From Frankiales bacterium (GTDB taxonomy: Bacteria > Actinomycetota > Actinomycetes > JAFAQI01), in contig JAICXQ010000005.1 in assembly GCA_025980325.1 (NCBI GenBank), forward strand, positions 8,034-72,033: a DNA stretch of 64,000 bases, in the 5' to 3' direction. Both the position numbers and the translations under genes were made by a program. Positions within the stretch are counted from its first letter, which is position 1; every line of letters begins with the position of its first letter. Under the pieces are notes generated by a model, which was given only the letters and a program-made list of their open reading frames with translations, was not told the DNA's origin and did not search any database. This document shows positions 35,873 to 46,299 of this stretch, one piece after another.

Positions 35873-36994
35873 ATGACCTGCTCCCGGTGCTCGACGGACA
35901 ACCCGGAGCTCGCTCGCTTCTGTTACCGCTGCGGTGCCGGCCTCACCACGACGGTCGATCGCACCAGCCACTACGCCGCGTCACCGGGTGAACCGGTCCG
36001 CGCGCTGGCCCTCGTGAGCACGCTGATGCCGCACGTGTCCGGCTCGCGCCACCACCTGTACAAGCTGGGGCTCGCGCTGGCCGGTGCGGCATCCCTCGTG
36101 GCCGCGGGCTTCGGCGTGCTGCCGGTCGCGCTGATCTGTGCCGCGATCGCCTTGCCGGGCGTGCTCCTGATGTACCTCTACGACCACGAGGTCTGGACCG
36201 ACGATCCGTGGACCGTCGTGGCCGCGTGCGTCGGCCTCGCCGGCGCGCTCGGCGTCGGGATCGGGTTTCTGGCCAACACGTTCTCCAGCAGCGGCGCGGT
36301 CAGCCTGACCAACAACCTGCCGTCGACCGGCCGGTTGCTCGAACTGTGTGTCGTGCTGCCGCTCGTCACGCTGGTCGTCGTACAGGCCGCGCCGGCACTG
36401 GTGACCGCGCGGCCGCGGTTCGCGCACGCGCTCGACGCGCTGACGTTCGCCGCACTCGGCGGTGCGTCGCTCGCGCTGGCCGAATCGATCGTGGTCCAGC
36501 ACGGCGCGTTCTCGTCCGCGACGGTGCACAGCACCAGCAGCGCGCGGGACGCGTTCATCGCGCTGACCCTCGGCTTCGCGAAGCCGGTCATCTACGGCGC
36601 CGCCGCGGCCATCACCGTGATGCGGTTGCGCCGCCGGACCAGCGCGTACCCGCTGGGTCTGCTCGAGGGTTTCCTGCTGATCGGCGTGTACGACTCGGCG
36701 GTCGCGACGCTGGCCATCTACGGCGACCGCGGCGTCGTGCTGACGTTCATCATCGCGGTGGTCACCGCGGCGGTCGGGCTGATCCGGATCCGCGACGAGG
36801 CGCACGCCGCGCTGCTCGACGAAGCGACCGCGGTGACCGTGACGCCGGCCGGTCATTACGGCGGCAACTGCGCCGAGTGCGGGCTTCCGCTCGTCGCCGG
36901 CTCGGCGTTCTGCCTGGCCTGCGGCACGGCCGTCGCCGCGATGCCCAAGCCGCACCAGGAGCACGTCAAGTCCTACGCGGCCACCTCCGCCTGA
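35873..36994 (+). CDS. zinc ribbon - PrsW-like membrane domain - zinc ribbon protein
   Basis: GGAGG RBS; CSRC...FCYRCG; about 9 TM; CAECG...FCLACG. Confidence 0.75.
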   Translation: MTCSRCSTDNPELARFCYRCGAGLTTTVDRTSHYAASPGEPVRALALVSTLMPHVSGSRHHLYKLGLALAGAASLVAAGFGVLPVALICAAIALPGVLLMYLYDHEVWTDDPWTVVAACVGLAGALGVGIGFLANTFSSSGAVSLTNNLPSTGRLLELCVVLPLVTLVVVQAAPALVTARPRFAHALDALTFAALGGASLALAESIVVQHGAFSSATVHSTSSARDAFIALTLGFAKPVIYGAAAAITVMRLRRRTSAYPLGLLEGFLLIGVYDSAVATLAIYGDRGVVLTFIIAVVTAAVGLIRIRDEAHAALLDEATAVTVTPAGHYGGNCAECGLPLVAGSAFCLACGTAVAAMPKPHQEHVKSYAATSA

Positions 36995-37031
36995 CCCGCA
37001 CATACGAACGCGAAGAACGGGGACTTCTGCG

Positions 37032-37880
37032 ATGCCTTCGACAGCCACTCCGCCGCCTCCGCCGCCGGCCGTGAGCTACCCGCCGCCGCCTCCGCCGGCG
37101 ACGGTCACGCCGCCCGCCGCAGCGCCTGCGGGCGACCGCGGGCACCTCAACGGCGCGAAGATCGGGCTCATCGCCGGCAGCGGCGTCGCGGTGATCGGCG
37201 GGATCGTCGCGGTCATCTCGCTCACCGGCGGTCATCACTCGAACAACCCGCCGCCCGCACCGCCGGCACCGGCACCGGTGTCGTCGCAGCCGGCCCAGCC
37301 CACCCAGCCGAGCCAGCCGGCCCCGCAACCCAGCGACACGTCGCAGCCGAGCGACCAGGGCTCGCCGACACCGGAGTCGTCGCAGCCGGCGCAGCCGGCG
37401 TCGAACTCCGGCAGCGGGACGGTCGACCTCGGCAACGGCGCGAGCCTCACGCCCGCCGCCGGATGGAAGGTCGAGGGCACCGGCAACCACCAGGTCTCGT
37501 TGCTCGGACCGAATGGCGACGCCGAATACTTCGCCGCCGGCGGGGCGGCCAAGGAGCAGGACGCGGCCACGCAGTTGCAGGATGACGCGCAGGCCTACGT
37601 GTCGAGCGACAGTGCGCTCTCCGACGTCAAGGTCGGCCAGACGCAGACGCAGCAGGTCAGCGGCAGCGCCGGGTTCACCTCGGTCGCGACGATGCCGTTC
37701 ACCGCGACGTTGACGACCAACCAGGGGACCACGCAGATCGTCGGCATCTTCTACGAGCTGCTCAACCCGCAGGGCTACAGCGTCCTCTCCGTGTTCGACG
37801 CGACGAGCGAAGACGCCTACAAGGCCGCCGCGCAGGACTCGGATGCGATGACGTCGTCGATCCTGGGTGGTTCCGGCTGA
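37032..37880 (+). CDS. Pro-rich single-TM protein with extracellular domain
   Basis: Pro-rich N-terminus, one TM, PAQP repeats, globular C-terminus. Confidence 0.75.
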   Translation: MPSTATPPPPPPAVSYPPPPPPATVTPPAAAPAGDRGHLNGAKIGLIAGSGVAVIGGIVAVISLTGGHHSNNPPPAPPAPAPVSSQPAQPTQPSQPAPQPSDTSQPSDQGSPTPESSQPAQPASNSGSGTVDLGNGASLTPAAGWKVEGTGNHQVSLLGPNGDAEYFAAGGAAKEQDAATQLQDDAQAYVSSDSALSDVKVGQTQTQQVSGSAGFTSVATMPFTATLTTNQGTTQIVGIFYELLNPQGYSVLSVFDATSEDAYKAAAQDSDAMTSSILGGSG

Positions 37881-37881
37881 G

Positions 37882-40383
37882 ATGAGAAACAAGAGCGGCC
37901 CGGACGGGGACGAGCCGCGCGACGAGGTGCCCGCCAACGCAGACGAGCACGGGGATCGCGGCGAGCCGCCCGAATCCGAGGGATACGAGGAACACGGCGA
38001 ACACCTCGAGCACGAAGTCGAGCACGAGGTGGAACACGAAGTCACGTCGTTACGGCGGCTGTTCGCCGAACGACGCTTGTCGATCGCGACGATGGACCGG
38101 CCGTTGCGGGTCGCGACCGCCGGTGCGGTCGCGAGCGTCCTCGCGACGGTGTTGCTGCTCGCGTTGCGCGACGTCGGTTCGTCGAGTGTCTACCTCGGCC
38201 GGTCGCAGGGCGCGGTCACGCAGATCGGGCAACCGCTGTTCATCGCGGTGCTGGTGCTCATCTCGCTCGGCTTCGGCTACCTCTACACCGCGGTGTCGCT
38301 GACGTCGCTGTGGATCGCGACGCCGGCGGCGGTGGTGATGACGTTCGGGATCGGCGTCTACACCGGTGCGCTCGGCGGGATCGTCGGCGGGCTGGACATC
38401 TTCGACATCGTCCCGGCGTGGGTGCGATGGACCGACCGCGCGATCCTCGTCGTCCTCGTGTTGCTCTGCATCGGTGCGCGCGCGCTGGATCACTCGCGCA
38501 AGCAGGAGCCGCGAACCCGGATCGTGCTCGTCGTCGGGTTCGCCGCGCTGATCGGCGCCTACCTCGCCATCTTCCGGATCGGCATTCCGACACTCGGCGG
38601 GCTGAACCTCTACGGCGCGACGATCGACGCCATCTTGAGCACGCTGGTCTTCGCGATGTGGCCGATCCTGCAAGTCGCGGCGGTCGACTTCGGTGAGTGG
38701 GGGCAGCTCACCGGCGAGCGGCTGACCCACGCGGTCGCGCGCGGCCGGGCGCAGGCGCTGTGGGTCGCCGGTGTCGTCGCCGCGCTGGCGATGGCGGCGT
38801 ACGGGTACTTCCGCATGCAGGACGGATTCGGCGCGTTCAGCCGGTCGACGCTGTTCGAGGCCGTGCGCGGAATTTCGTTGCTGGCGTTGGCAATTTGCCT
38901 CATCGCCCTCGTGTTCTACGGGCTGCGGCTCGAGCGCCGGCGATGGAAGACCGGCATCAGCTTCGCCGCGCTGGTCGGTGCGACCGCGTTGACCGGCGTC
39001 ATCCTGCCGAACATCGTCGCGTCGATCACCGGCGCGTTCAGCAACCTGCGGCCGGCCGAGGTCGCGACCGAGAAGGGCGAGTACGCGCCGGGCGCGGACG
39101 TGCTCACGCAGAAGGCGTCGAGCGGGCCGACCGCGTTCAGCTTCCAGGTCCCGCGCGGCTGGATCGTGCACAACAACGGCAAGTCCGTGCAGGCCAACAA
39201 CTACGACGGCAAGGGCGGCTACGAGCGGGTCGCCGTCCTGGTGCTGCCGGTCGCCGACCTGCCGACCATCGAGCAGGGCTTCGCCGTCACGCCCGTCGAG
39301 GACGCGTCGTTCGACGGCTGGCAGGGCACGAAGTTCACCGGCAAGGACGAGACCGAGGGTTACGTCTGGAGCCGGCCGGTCGGCAATCCGAACGCTTCCG
39401 GAACGTACGCCGTGTACGAAGCGGTGCAGGGATCGACGTTCAAGCTCGAACCGGCGACGCCGTTGTTCAAGGCCGTGCTGACGTCGTTCCGGGGAGACGG
39501 CGCGGCGCCGGCGCCGTTGCCGCCGCCGGAGAAGGAATCGGAGACGCCGGAGGCTCTCGACAACCACCGCCTGGCGCTCAACGTGGGATTCGGCGTCGGG
39601 TTGACGCTGGTGATCCTGCTGATCGGGCTGGCGGTGTGGCGCCGGTGGCGGCCGCAGTGGATCGCGGCCGGTCTCGTGGTCGGCGTCGTGTCGCTGTTCA
39701 CGTTGCTCTACAACGGCACCGGCATTGGCACGTATCTGTTCGGCGAGTCGCCGCACCTGCCGCACCTGTCCGAATACGGCGTGCTGTTCGGCGCCGGCAT
39801 CCTCGGCCTCGCGACCGTCCTGGTGCTGCGCGCCCGCGATGAACACGGCACCCCGATGGGTCGGCTGGTCATCGCCGGCGTCGTCGGGATCGAGGGAGCG
39901 CTGGCCGCGCTCGAACTGATGATGTGGCTGTACGGCAAAGCGCTGTCCGCGGCGCGGATCAGCGTGTGGGCCGCGATCATCCTGCTCGTCGCCGTGGTCT
40001 GGGACGTGACGATGTCGGGGGAGTCGATGACCAACCACGGCACGTCGCACCTGCCGCGCGCGACCCGCGTGCTCGGCTTCTTCGGCTACACGATCCTGCT
40101 GGCCGGCACCGTGCTGTTCTACACGTCGGAGAAGGTCATCTCGACCGGTCACGCGGCCGAGTCGTTCTTCGAGCCGGAGGACATCACCCGCAACGCGCTG
40201 TTCCGGGTCGCGTTCCCGGTGCTGCTGCTCGCGTTCTTCATCCGGCTGGCGCGCGCGCACGGATCCACGGTGCCGGCACCGGACGCGCCCGAACCACGTA
40301 CCCCGGTCGGTGCGGCGGTCGGATCCGCCAATGCCGATTCGATCGATTCCGCCGACTCCACGCTCGCCGAAGGAGCCCGATGA
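37882..40383 (+). CDS. large polytopic membrane protein with central soluble domain
   Basis: two TM blocks around an extracytoplasmic domain (FSFQVPRGW); EHEV repeats at N-terminus. Confidence 0.75.
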   Translation: MRNKSGPDGDEPRDEVPANADEHGDRGEPPESEGYEEHGEHLEHEVEHEVEHEVTSLRRLFAERRLSIATMDRPLRVATAGAVASVLATVLLLALRDVGSSSVYLGRSQGAVTQIGQPLFIAVLVLISLGFGYLYTAVSLTSLWIATPAAVVMTFGIGVYTGALGGIVGGLDIFDIVPAWVRWTDRAILVVLVLLCIGARALDHSRKQEPRTRIVLVVGFAALIGAYLAIFRIGIPTLGGLNLYGATIDAILSTLVFAMWPILQVAAVDFGEWGQLTGERLTHAVARGRAQALWVAGVVAALAMAAYGYFRMQDGFGAFSRSTLFEAVRGISLLALAICLIALVFYGLRLERRRWKTGISFAALVGATALTGVILPNIVASITGAFSNLRPAEVATEKGEYAPGADVLTQKASSGPTAFSFQVPRGWIVHNNGKSVQANNYDGKGGYERVAVLVLPVADLPTIEQGFAVTPVEDASFDGWQGTKFTGKDETEGYVWSRPVGNPNASGTYAVYEAVQGSTFKLEPATPLFKAVLTSFRGDGAAPAPLPPPEKESETPEALDNHRLALNVGFGVGLTLVILLIGLAVWRRWRPQWIAAGLVVGVVSLFTLLYNGTGIGTYLFGESPHLPHLSEYGVLFGAGILGLATVLVLRARDEHGTPMGRLVIAGVVGIEGALAALELMMWLYGKALSAARISVWAAIILLVAVVWDVTMSGESMTNHGTSHLPRATRVLGFFGYTILLAGTVLFYTSEKVISTGHAAESFFEPEDITRNALFRVAFPVLLLAFFIRLARAHGSTVPAPDAPEPRTPVGAAVGSANADSIDSADSTLAEGAR

Positions 40384-41114
40384 ACCGCTTGATCGCACTC
40401 GCCAGCGTGTTGGCGTTGCCGATGGCACTGAGCGCGTGCAACTCGTCGTCGACCCCGTCGGCGCACAACTCGCCGTCGTCCGCCGTCACGCCGACGCCGA
40501 CCGTGTCCAGCCCGGCGCCGGTCAGCACCGGCGACGACAAGCAACGGGTCGCCGCGATCCAGCTGACCGCGGACGACCTGCCGAGCGGATGGAAGTCGCA
40601 GCGGATCACGACGACGGCCGCGCAGCAGACGAAGGAGGACGCGTACTTCGACGCATGCCTCGGCGTGCCCACAATCGAGACCGAACAGACGACGTCGAGC
40701 GCCGTCGAGTTCGGCCGCGCCGACGGCTTGGCGTTCGCCGACGGCCTGATCAACGTGACGAAGACGGCGGATGAGGCGCAGGCGGACTGGAACGCGTTCA
40801 CTGGCCCGAAGGGCGTCGACTGCGCGGTCGCCGATGCGAAGAAGTTCCTCAAGCCGCCGAAGGGCGACTCGATCGTGAGCATCACCGGCAGCCGGCTCGC
40901 CGTGGCGAACGGCCAGTTCGGGGTCCGTACGGTGGTGACGCTGAAACTGTCCGGCGGCCGTGAGGTCACGTTGACGAGTGACGACATCGGGATCATCGCG
41001 AAGCGGTTCGAAATCCAGGTGACCTTCACCGGCGTCGTCCAGCCCCCGCAGAAGGCGCTCGAGGATTCGGTGACGGCAAAGGTGTTCGCGCGCGCGGCGG
41101 CGAACGCCGCATGA
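40380..41114 (+). CDS. lipoprotein
   Basis: LSA-C lipobox; Ser/Pro linker; ATGA overlap. Confidence 0.8.
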   Translation: MNRLIALASVLALPMALSACNSSSTPSAHNSPSSAVTPTPTVSSPAPVSTGDDKQRVAAIQLTADDLPSGWKSQRITTTAAQQTKEDAYFDACLGVPTIETEQTTSSAVEFGRADGLAFADGLINVTKTADEAQADWNAFTGPKGVDCAVADAKKFLKPPKGDSIVSITGSRLAVANGQFGVRTVVTLKLSGGREVTLTSDDIGIIAKRFEIQVTFTGVVQPPQKALEDSVTAKVFARAAANAA

Positions 41115-42754
41115 CCCGCCGCACCCGTCGCGGTCTCGTCGCGGTTGGCGCGGTCACCGTTCTGGCCGCGAGTGCCGCGTGCGGCGCCGGATCGCATTCG
41201 GCCGGACGTACGGCGTCGGGTGCGGTGAAGCAGTTGACGTGGGCGTCGGTGCTGCATCACTCGACCGACCTCGGGCCGAGCCGGGCGAAGAGCGTGGACA
41301 TGCTCGTCGCGTTGCGTCCCGGTGGTGCGGCCGCGTTGCGGGCGTGGTCGGCCGCCCGCGGCCTGCGCGTCTCCGACGTGACGGCGAGCGGGGCCACGCT
41401 GAGCGGCACGCCGGGCGCGCTCGGCGCCGCCCTCGGCGTCGCGATCCGTGACTGGCGCAGCCCCGGCGGCGCCCGGTTCCTGGCCGCGCGCACCGACGCG
41501 TCGGTGCCGCGCGAGCTCGCCGCGTCGGTCAGCGGATTCGGCCGGATCAGCACACTGCACGAAGGCGGCAAGCTGTTCACGCCGCCGAAGGGAATCCCGC
41601 CGAAGGGCCTGGCGCCGAGCGACGTGATCCGCGCGTACAACGCGTTGCCGTTGACGCAGGCCGGCGACACCGGCGCGGGTCAGACCGTCGTCATCTTCGA
41701 ACCCGGCGACGGGTTCAACCAGCAGAGCCTCGACGACTTCGACCGCATGTTCAACCTGCCGGCGCTCACGCCGACGCTGATCGGCCCGGACAACAAGAGC
41801 GACGGCGTCGAGACCGACATGGACATCGAGACGGTGCACATGCTCGCCCCGAGCGCACGCATCGTCTACGACGACGTCATGCACTATGCCGGAGGCAACG
41901 ACCAGGCGACGTTCGCGCAGGTCTTCCACCAGGCGTTCCAGGACGTCGACAAGCAGTTCCCCGGCGCGGTCTGGTCGGCCTCGCTCGGCTACTGCGAGTA
42001 CATCTACTTCGAGCCGGCCGACTTCCAGGTGCTCGACGCCGACGTCGCGACCGCGGAGTCGCACGGTACGACGTTCTTCGCGTCCAGCGGCGACACCGGC
42101 GGGCTCGACTGCACGCCGCCGAAGTCGGTCGGCGAGTTCCCCGGCGAGCAGGGCAAGGGCGTCATGTTCCCATCGATGCTGTCCAACGCGACCGGCGTCG
42201 GCGGCACGACGCTGTCGCTGACCTCGACCAGCGACTACGCCGACGAGACGGTGTGGACCGAGGCGACGATGTCGCAGGGCACGGGTGGCGGGGTGTCGCA
42301 GATCATCAAGCGGCCGAGCTGGCAGACCGGCGCGGGGGTCGGCACCCAGGGGGCGGATCCACAGTTCCGCGAAGTGCCGGACATCGCGGCCGACGCCGAT
42401 CCCGCGTCGGGGACGATCGTCATCTCGGCGGGCGCGGACAAGAGCGGCGATCCGTCGTCGGAGACCTCGGGCGGCGGCACCTCGCTCGCGGCGCCGATGT
42501 GGGCCGGGTTCACCGTGTTGATGAACGCCTACCTCACCCAGCACGGCGGCAAGGCCATCGGGTTCATCAACCCATTGCTCTACGAGCTGGCGAACCATCC
42601 GCCGCGATTCCCGCCGTTCCACGACATCACCCTCGGCAACAACGACTTCTACGTCGCGGCGCCGGGCTACGACATGGTCACTGGTCTCGGCACACCCAAC
42701 GTGGCCTACCTGACCCAGGACATCCTGGCGCTCCAGAAGGGCGGGAAGTCGTGA
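41111..42754 (+). CDS. S53 (sedolisin/kumamolisin) peptidase, probable lipoprotein
   Basis: ETDMDIE, SSGDTG, GGTSLAAP, Ca-site GYDMVTGLGTP; prodomain; SAAC lipobox-like. Confidence 0.92.
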   Translation: MTRRTRRGLVAVGAVTVLAASAACGAGSHSAGRTASGAVKQLTWASVLHHSTDLGPSRAKSVDMLVALRPGGAAALRAWSAARGLRVSDVTASGATLSGTPGALGAALGVAIRDWRSPGGARFLAARTDASVPRELAASVSGFGRISTLHEGGKLFTPPKGIPPKGLAPSDVIRAYNALPLTQAGDTGAGQTVVIFEPGDGFNQQSLDDFDRMFNLPALTPTLIGPDNKSDGVETDMDIETVHMLAPSARIVYDDVMHYAGGNDQATFAQVFHQAFQDVDKQFPGAVWSASLGYCEYIYFEPADFQVLDADVATAESHGTTFFASSGDTGGLDCTPPKSVGEFPGEQGKGVMFPSMLSNATGVGGTTLSLTSTSDYADETVWTEATMSQGTGGGVSQIIKRPSWQTGAGVGTQGADPQFREVPDIAADADPASGTIVISAGADKSGDPSSETSGGGTSLAAPMWAGFTVLMNAYLTQHGGKAIGFINPLLYELANHPPRFPPFHDITLGNNDFYVAAPGYDMVTGLGTPNVAYLTQDILALQKGGKS

Positions 42755-43932
42755 GTGACGTCTCAGCCGAACCGCAAGTCGCGACGGTGACGTGTCCGGT
42801 CTGCGGCAACGTCGTACCGGTCGGCGCGTACTGCGCGGCGTGCGGCACGCACCTGACGCACGACGCGCAGTCGCCGTCGGCGCGGCGTGCGCATTCCTAC
42901 GTCGCCGCGCCGGGCGAGTCGGTGCTGCACCTGTCCGTGGTGTCGTCGCTGTTCCCGCACCTGTCGCATCGCTCTCGCGGTCCGTTCCGGATCGGACTCG
43001 TCGCGATCGTGGCGGCGTTGCTCGTGCTCGCCGCGCTTCGGTTGCAGGCACCGGCGATCGCGGTCTCCGCGCTCGGCATCCCGCTGCTGTTCCAGCTCTA
43101 CATCTTCGAGGCCAATCTCTACGACGACGAGCCATTGGTCGCGACGCTGCTCACGATCGGCGTCGGCGCGGCGCTCGGCGTCGGCTGGTCGCTGCTGACC
43201 AGCGACTACGTCACGACCGCCAGCCGGCTGACGTTGGTCGGCGGCTCGAACACCTCGCATGTGGTACTCGCCGCCCTGGTGCCGGCCGGTGCGCAACTGC
43301 TGATGGTGGTGCCGGTCGCGTTGATGTGGCTGTTGCGCCGCAACCGTTACGGCGAGTCGATGGACGGCTTCGTGTTCGGATCCGCCGGAGCGCTCGGCTT
43401 CGTCGCGGCCGCGGTCATCACCGACCTCGCACCGGAATTGCGGGCCGGCGTGCGGATCACCGGACCGACCGCCAACCTATACGTGCAGACCGTCATCCAC
43501 GGCATCGCGCTGCCGCTCGTCGCGGCCTGCGCGACCGGCCTGATCGGCGCGGCGATCTGGTTGCGGCGCGACGCGAACACCAACGCGCCCGGCCGGGTGT
43601 TCACGCTGTGGCCGGTCGCGCTCGTCGTCGCCGTCGCGGTGCAGGTGGGCCTCGGTTACACCGACGTCTCGACGCCCGGCAACGCCGTCGTCATCACCGC
43701 GCATCTCGCGGCCGCGGCGGCGTACCTGCTTGCGTTGCGCATCGGCCTGCACCACGTGCTGCTGCACGAAGCGCACGACGTACGCATAGGTCCGCCGCGG
43801 GTGTGCCATCACTGCCATCACGTCGTGCCCGAGGCGCCGTTCTGCCCGAACTGCGGTGCGGCGGAGGTCGCGATGAGCCGCTCGTCGCGCCGCCAGTTGT
43901 CGTTGCAGCCCGTTGCGGAGGAGACGTCATGA
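42751..43932 (+). CDS. zinc ribbon - PrsW-like membrane domain - zinc ribbon protein
   Basis: CPVCG...YCAACG; TM core with MDGFVFGSAGALGF; CHHC...FCPNCG; GTGA overlap. Confidence 0.78.
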   Translation: MSDVSAEPQVATVTCPVCGNVVPVGAYCAACGTHLTHDAQSPSARRAHSYVAAPGESVLHLSVVSSLFPHLSHRSRGPFRIGLVAIVAALLVLAALRLQAPAIAVSALGIPLLFQLYIFEANLYDDEPLVATLLTIGVGAALGVGWSLLTSDYVTTASRLTLVGGSNTSHVVLAALVPAGAQLLMVVPVALMWLLRRNRYGESMDGFVFGSAGALGFVAAAVITDLAPELRAGVRITGPTANLYVQTVIHGIALPLVAACATGLIGAAIWLRRDANTNAPGRVFTLWPVALVVAVAVQVGLGYTDVSTPGNAVVITAHLAAAAAYLLALRIGLHHVLLHEAHDVRIGPPRVCHHCHHVVPEAPFCPNCGAAEVAMSRSSRRQLSLQPVAEETS

Positions 43933-44699
43933 CCCGCGCCGCGCCCCCGCCACCGCCGCCACCCTCGGCGCCGCCGCCACCGCCGCCGGCCTCGGTGGTC
44001 ATGCCGTATCCGGTCGCACCGACGACGGCGGTGCCGCGGCGGCTCAGCCATCACAAGATGCTCTACCTGCTCGGTGCCGGGCTCGGCGCGGTCGGCGTGC
44101 TGCTCGCCGCGGTCGCGATCGTCGTCCGGTCCGGGCCGGGCAACTGCGGGCTGACCTGCTACCGGCCGCCGACCGGGCCGCCCTTGCAGACCGGGCACCA
44201 GTACACGTCGTCCCAGTTCGGCTTCACCCTCACCTATTACGACGTCCCCGGCGCGGGCAGCCCGACGGTGGGCAGCCAGCCGGACAGCCTCACGCTCGAC
44301 TACGGCAAGGACGGGATCCTGCAGTTCGAGGGCGTCGCGGCGAACGGTCAGACGCCGCAGCAGGTCGTCGAGGCCTGGGTGAGCGCTCACCTCACCGACG
44401 CGCAACAGGCCTACGTCGTGCCGAACGCGGCCATCGGCTACCAGATCGGCTACGGCGCGGCGTACGACGTCGCGCCGCAGAGCGGGTCGGGCAGCGGCGC
44501 CGCGACCCGCGCGATCGTGTCCGCGGCGGTGAAGGGCAAGGTCGCGGTGCTCTCGATCGTCACCGGCGAGTACCGCAAGTACAGCTTCGAAGACGGCGGG
44601 CTCAACGACGGCCACCCGAGCCCGGCGGACAACATCCCGGCGTTCTTCGCCGACCCGGACGTCAACACCGTTCTCTGGCCGGGCGACCCGGCGAGGTAG
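43929..44699 (+). CDS. Pro-rich single-TM protein with extracellular domain
   Basis: poly-Pro N-terminus, TM, globular domain; ATGA overlap. Confidence 0.75.
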   Translation: MTRAAPPPPPPPSAPPPPPPASVVMPYPVAPTTAVPRRLSHHKMLYLLGAGLGAVGVLLAAVAIVVRSGPGNCGLTCYRPPTGPPLQTGHQYTSSQFGFTLTYYDVPGAGSPTVGSQPDSLTLDYGKDGILQFEGVAANGQTPQQVVEAWVSAHLTDAQQAYVVPNAAIGYQIGYGAAYDVAPQSGSGSGAATRAIVSAAVKGKVAVLSIVTGEYRKYSFEDGGLNDGHPSPADNIPAFFADPDVNTVLWPGDPAR

Positions 44700-44723
44700 T
44701 ACGGCCGAGGCCCGACGTACTAC
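44696..44723. terminator. probable bidirectional terminator
   Basis: GTAGTACG...CGTACTAC stem between convergent stops. Confidence 0.5.
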
Positions 44724-45718
44724 TGCGCGGTGCCGATTACGAGGTCGGCCGAGCCGCTGCCGACGAGGTGCCACGTCAGTGTGAGCGGCTGGCCGATCTG
44801 GTCCGGCGGTCGCAGGAAGCAGGCGTGCTGCCGGGTCTCCGACTGGCCGGGTGGGAGCAGCGGCACGTTCCCGTGCAGGCAGCCCACCTGCTGGCCAGTG
44901 GAGTCGACGAATCCGGCATAGCTCGAGTACAGCTTCGTCCCGCCTTGCGGCGTGAGCGTGAAGTTCGCGTCGCTCACCGAGACCGGCTCGGACGATCCGT
45001 TGCGGACGCTGAACCCGACATCGATCCCGCGGGCGTTCGAACCGTCGTCCTTGGTGACGACGCGGACCGCGTCGATGTGCAATACGACACCGCCGAGGAC
45101 GCTGCACGGCTGCGGTGAGCAGGCGGTCGAGTCGGGCGCGCTGTACTGTGGCACCGGCGGCAGCGCGTGCCCGGGTGTCGCCGCCGACCAGCCGTCGAGC
45201 GGCGTGCCGCAGTACGGTTCGGCGAACTGCAGATGTCCGGTCGCGGTCGCGCCGTTCATGGTGCCGCTGACGGTGAGCGTCGCCTGCGGTCCGCCGGTGG
45301 TCGCGAACTCGTACTTGTCGGAGAACGCGCCGCCGCTGATGGCGATCCGGTTCGGATCGGTGAAGGTCTGCAACTGGTACGACGAACCGCCGCTGCTCGC
45401 GCACGAGACCGCGAACGTGCCGTGCAACTCGCCGACGGTCCGGCCGGAGCCGTCGACGGTGAACCCGATGTGCTGGATGTTCTGACCCTGCCCGGCGTAC
45501 TCGCCGCTGCGCACGCCGGCGGCCGGATGCTGCGACGTGGACGACGGCGACGACCCGCCGGAGGTCGACGCGACGACCGCGACCACGACGATCACTACAA
45601 CCGCCGCGACCGCGCCGGCCGGCAACAGCCAGCCCGGCCGGCTCCGCCGCGCCGGAGGAGGCGGCGGCGGGGGAGGCGGCGGCGGAGGCGGTAAGGGTGT
45701 GCTTGCCCCCGTGGTCAC
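44720..45718 (-). CDS. Pro-rich single-TM protein with Ig-like extracellular domains
   Basis: poly-Pro, TM, C-terminal V.FSVRNGS.EPVSVSDANFTL pattern (DUF4352-like); start uncertain. Confidence 0.7.
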   Translation of the reverse strand: MTTGASTPLPPPPPPPPPPPPPARRSRPGWLLPAGAVAAVVVIVVVAVVASTSGGSSPSSTSQHPAAGVRSGEYAGQGQNIQHIGFTVDGSGRTVGELHGTFAVSCASSGGSSYQLQTFTDPNRIAISGGAFSDKYEFATTGGPQATLTVSGTMNGATATGHLQFAEPYCGTPLDGWSAATPGHALPPVPQYSAPDSTACSPQPCSVLGGVVLHIDAVRVVTKDDGSNARGIDVGFSVRNGSSEPVSVSDANFTLTPQGGTKLYSSYAGFVDSTGQQVGCLHGNVPLLPPGQSETRQHACFLRPPDQIGQPLTLTWHLVGSGSADLVIGTAQ

Positions 45719-45800
45719 ACCGACGACGGTAAGCGTTGAGCTGACCACGGCGCAGCCGAATGCCGCGTCGCCACGTCGTGCTCGCCCGGCGGCGCAGCGA

Positions 45801-46193
45801 TCAGCCGGTGACGACGACGGCGACGCTGGCGACGTCGCTCGCCGGGATGGTGAGCGTCGTGAAGTCGGCGCTGCCGGCGCCGGTGCCGTCGAGCGTGCCG
45901 GTCTTCTCGCCGAGGGTTGTGCCGCCGGCGCCGAGCAACGTCACCCGGAAGCTCATGTTCGCGCAGCCGGTGCCGGTGCCCGACGTCGTAACCGTCGCGG
46001 TCGACACGTCGTACGTCTTCGCGTTGGCGGTCGGCGTCGTGCCGTAGCTGACGGCGGCGGCCGAGTTGCACGACGTGACCGTCGCGTTGCCGGCGCCGAG
46101 GCTCGAGCTGTTCACGGTCAGGGTCGCCGCGAACGCGGTGACGCTGCCGAACACGACGACGCCCGCGCCGAGGGGGAGCAGGTACTTCTTCAC
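45801..46193 (-). CDS. SipW-substrate-like secreted fibre subunit (paralog D)
   Basis: GSVTAFA|ATLTVNSSSLGAGNATVTSC...C...VAVVVTG; GAGG RBS. Confidence 0.75.
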   Translation of the reverse strand: MKKYLLPLGAGVVVFGSVTAFAATLTVNSSSLGAGNATVTSCNSAAAVSYGTTPTANAKTYDVSTATVTTSGTGTGCANMSFRVTLLGAGGTTLGEKTGTLDGTGAGSADFTTLTIPASDVASVAVVVTG

Positions 46194-46299
46194 GATGAAT
46201 CCTCGTTTCTACGTGTCCGGGAGAGATGCGGTTGTTGTGTCGGCTTGAGTTGTCGAGGGTGGATAGTCAGGAGGGAGCAGATTGCCTGATCGGCGGGGA

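Noticed and set aside
45650-45700. GGC/GGA-rich tracts as regulatory simple repeats
   Set aside because: They are the reverse complement of poly-Pro coding sequence, as are similar tracts at 33740-33770 and 43950-43990.
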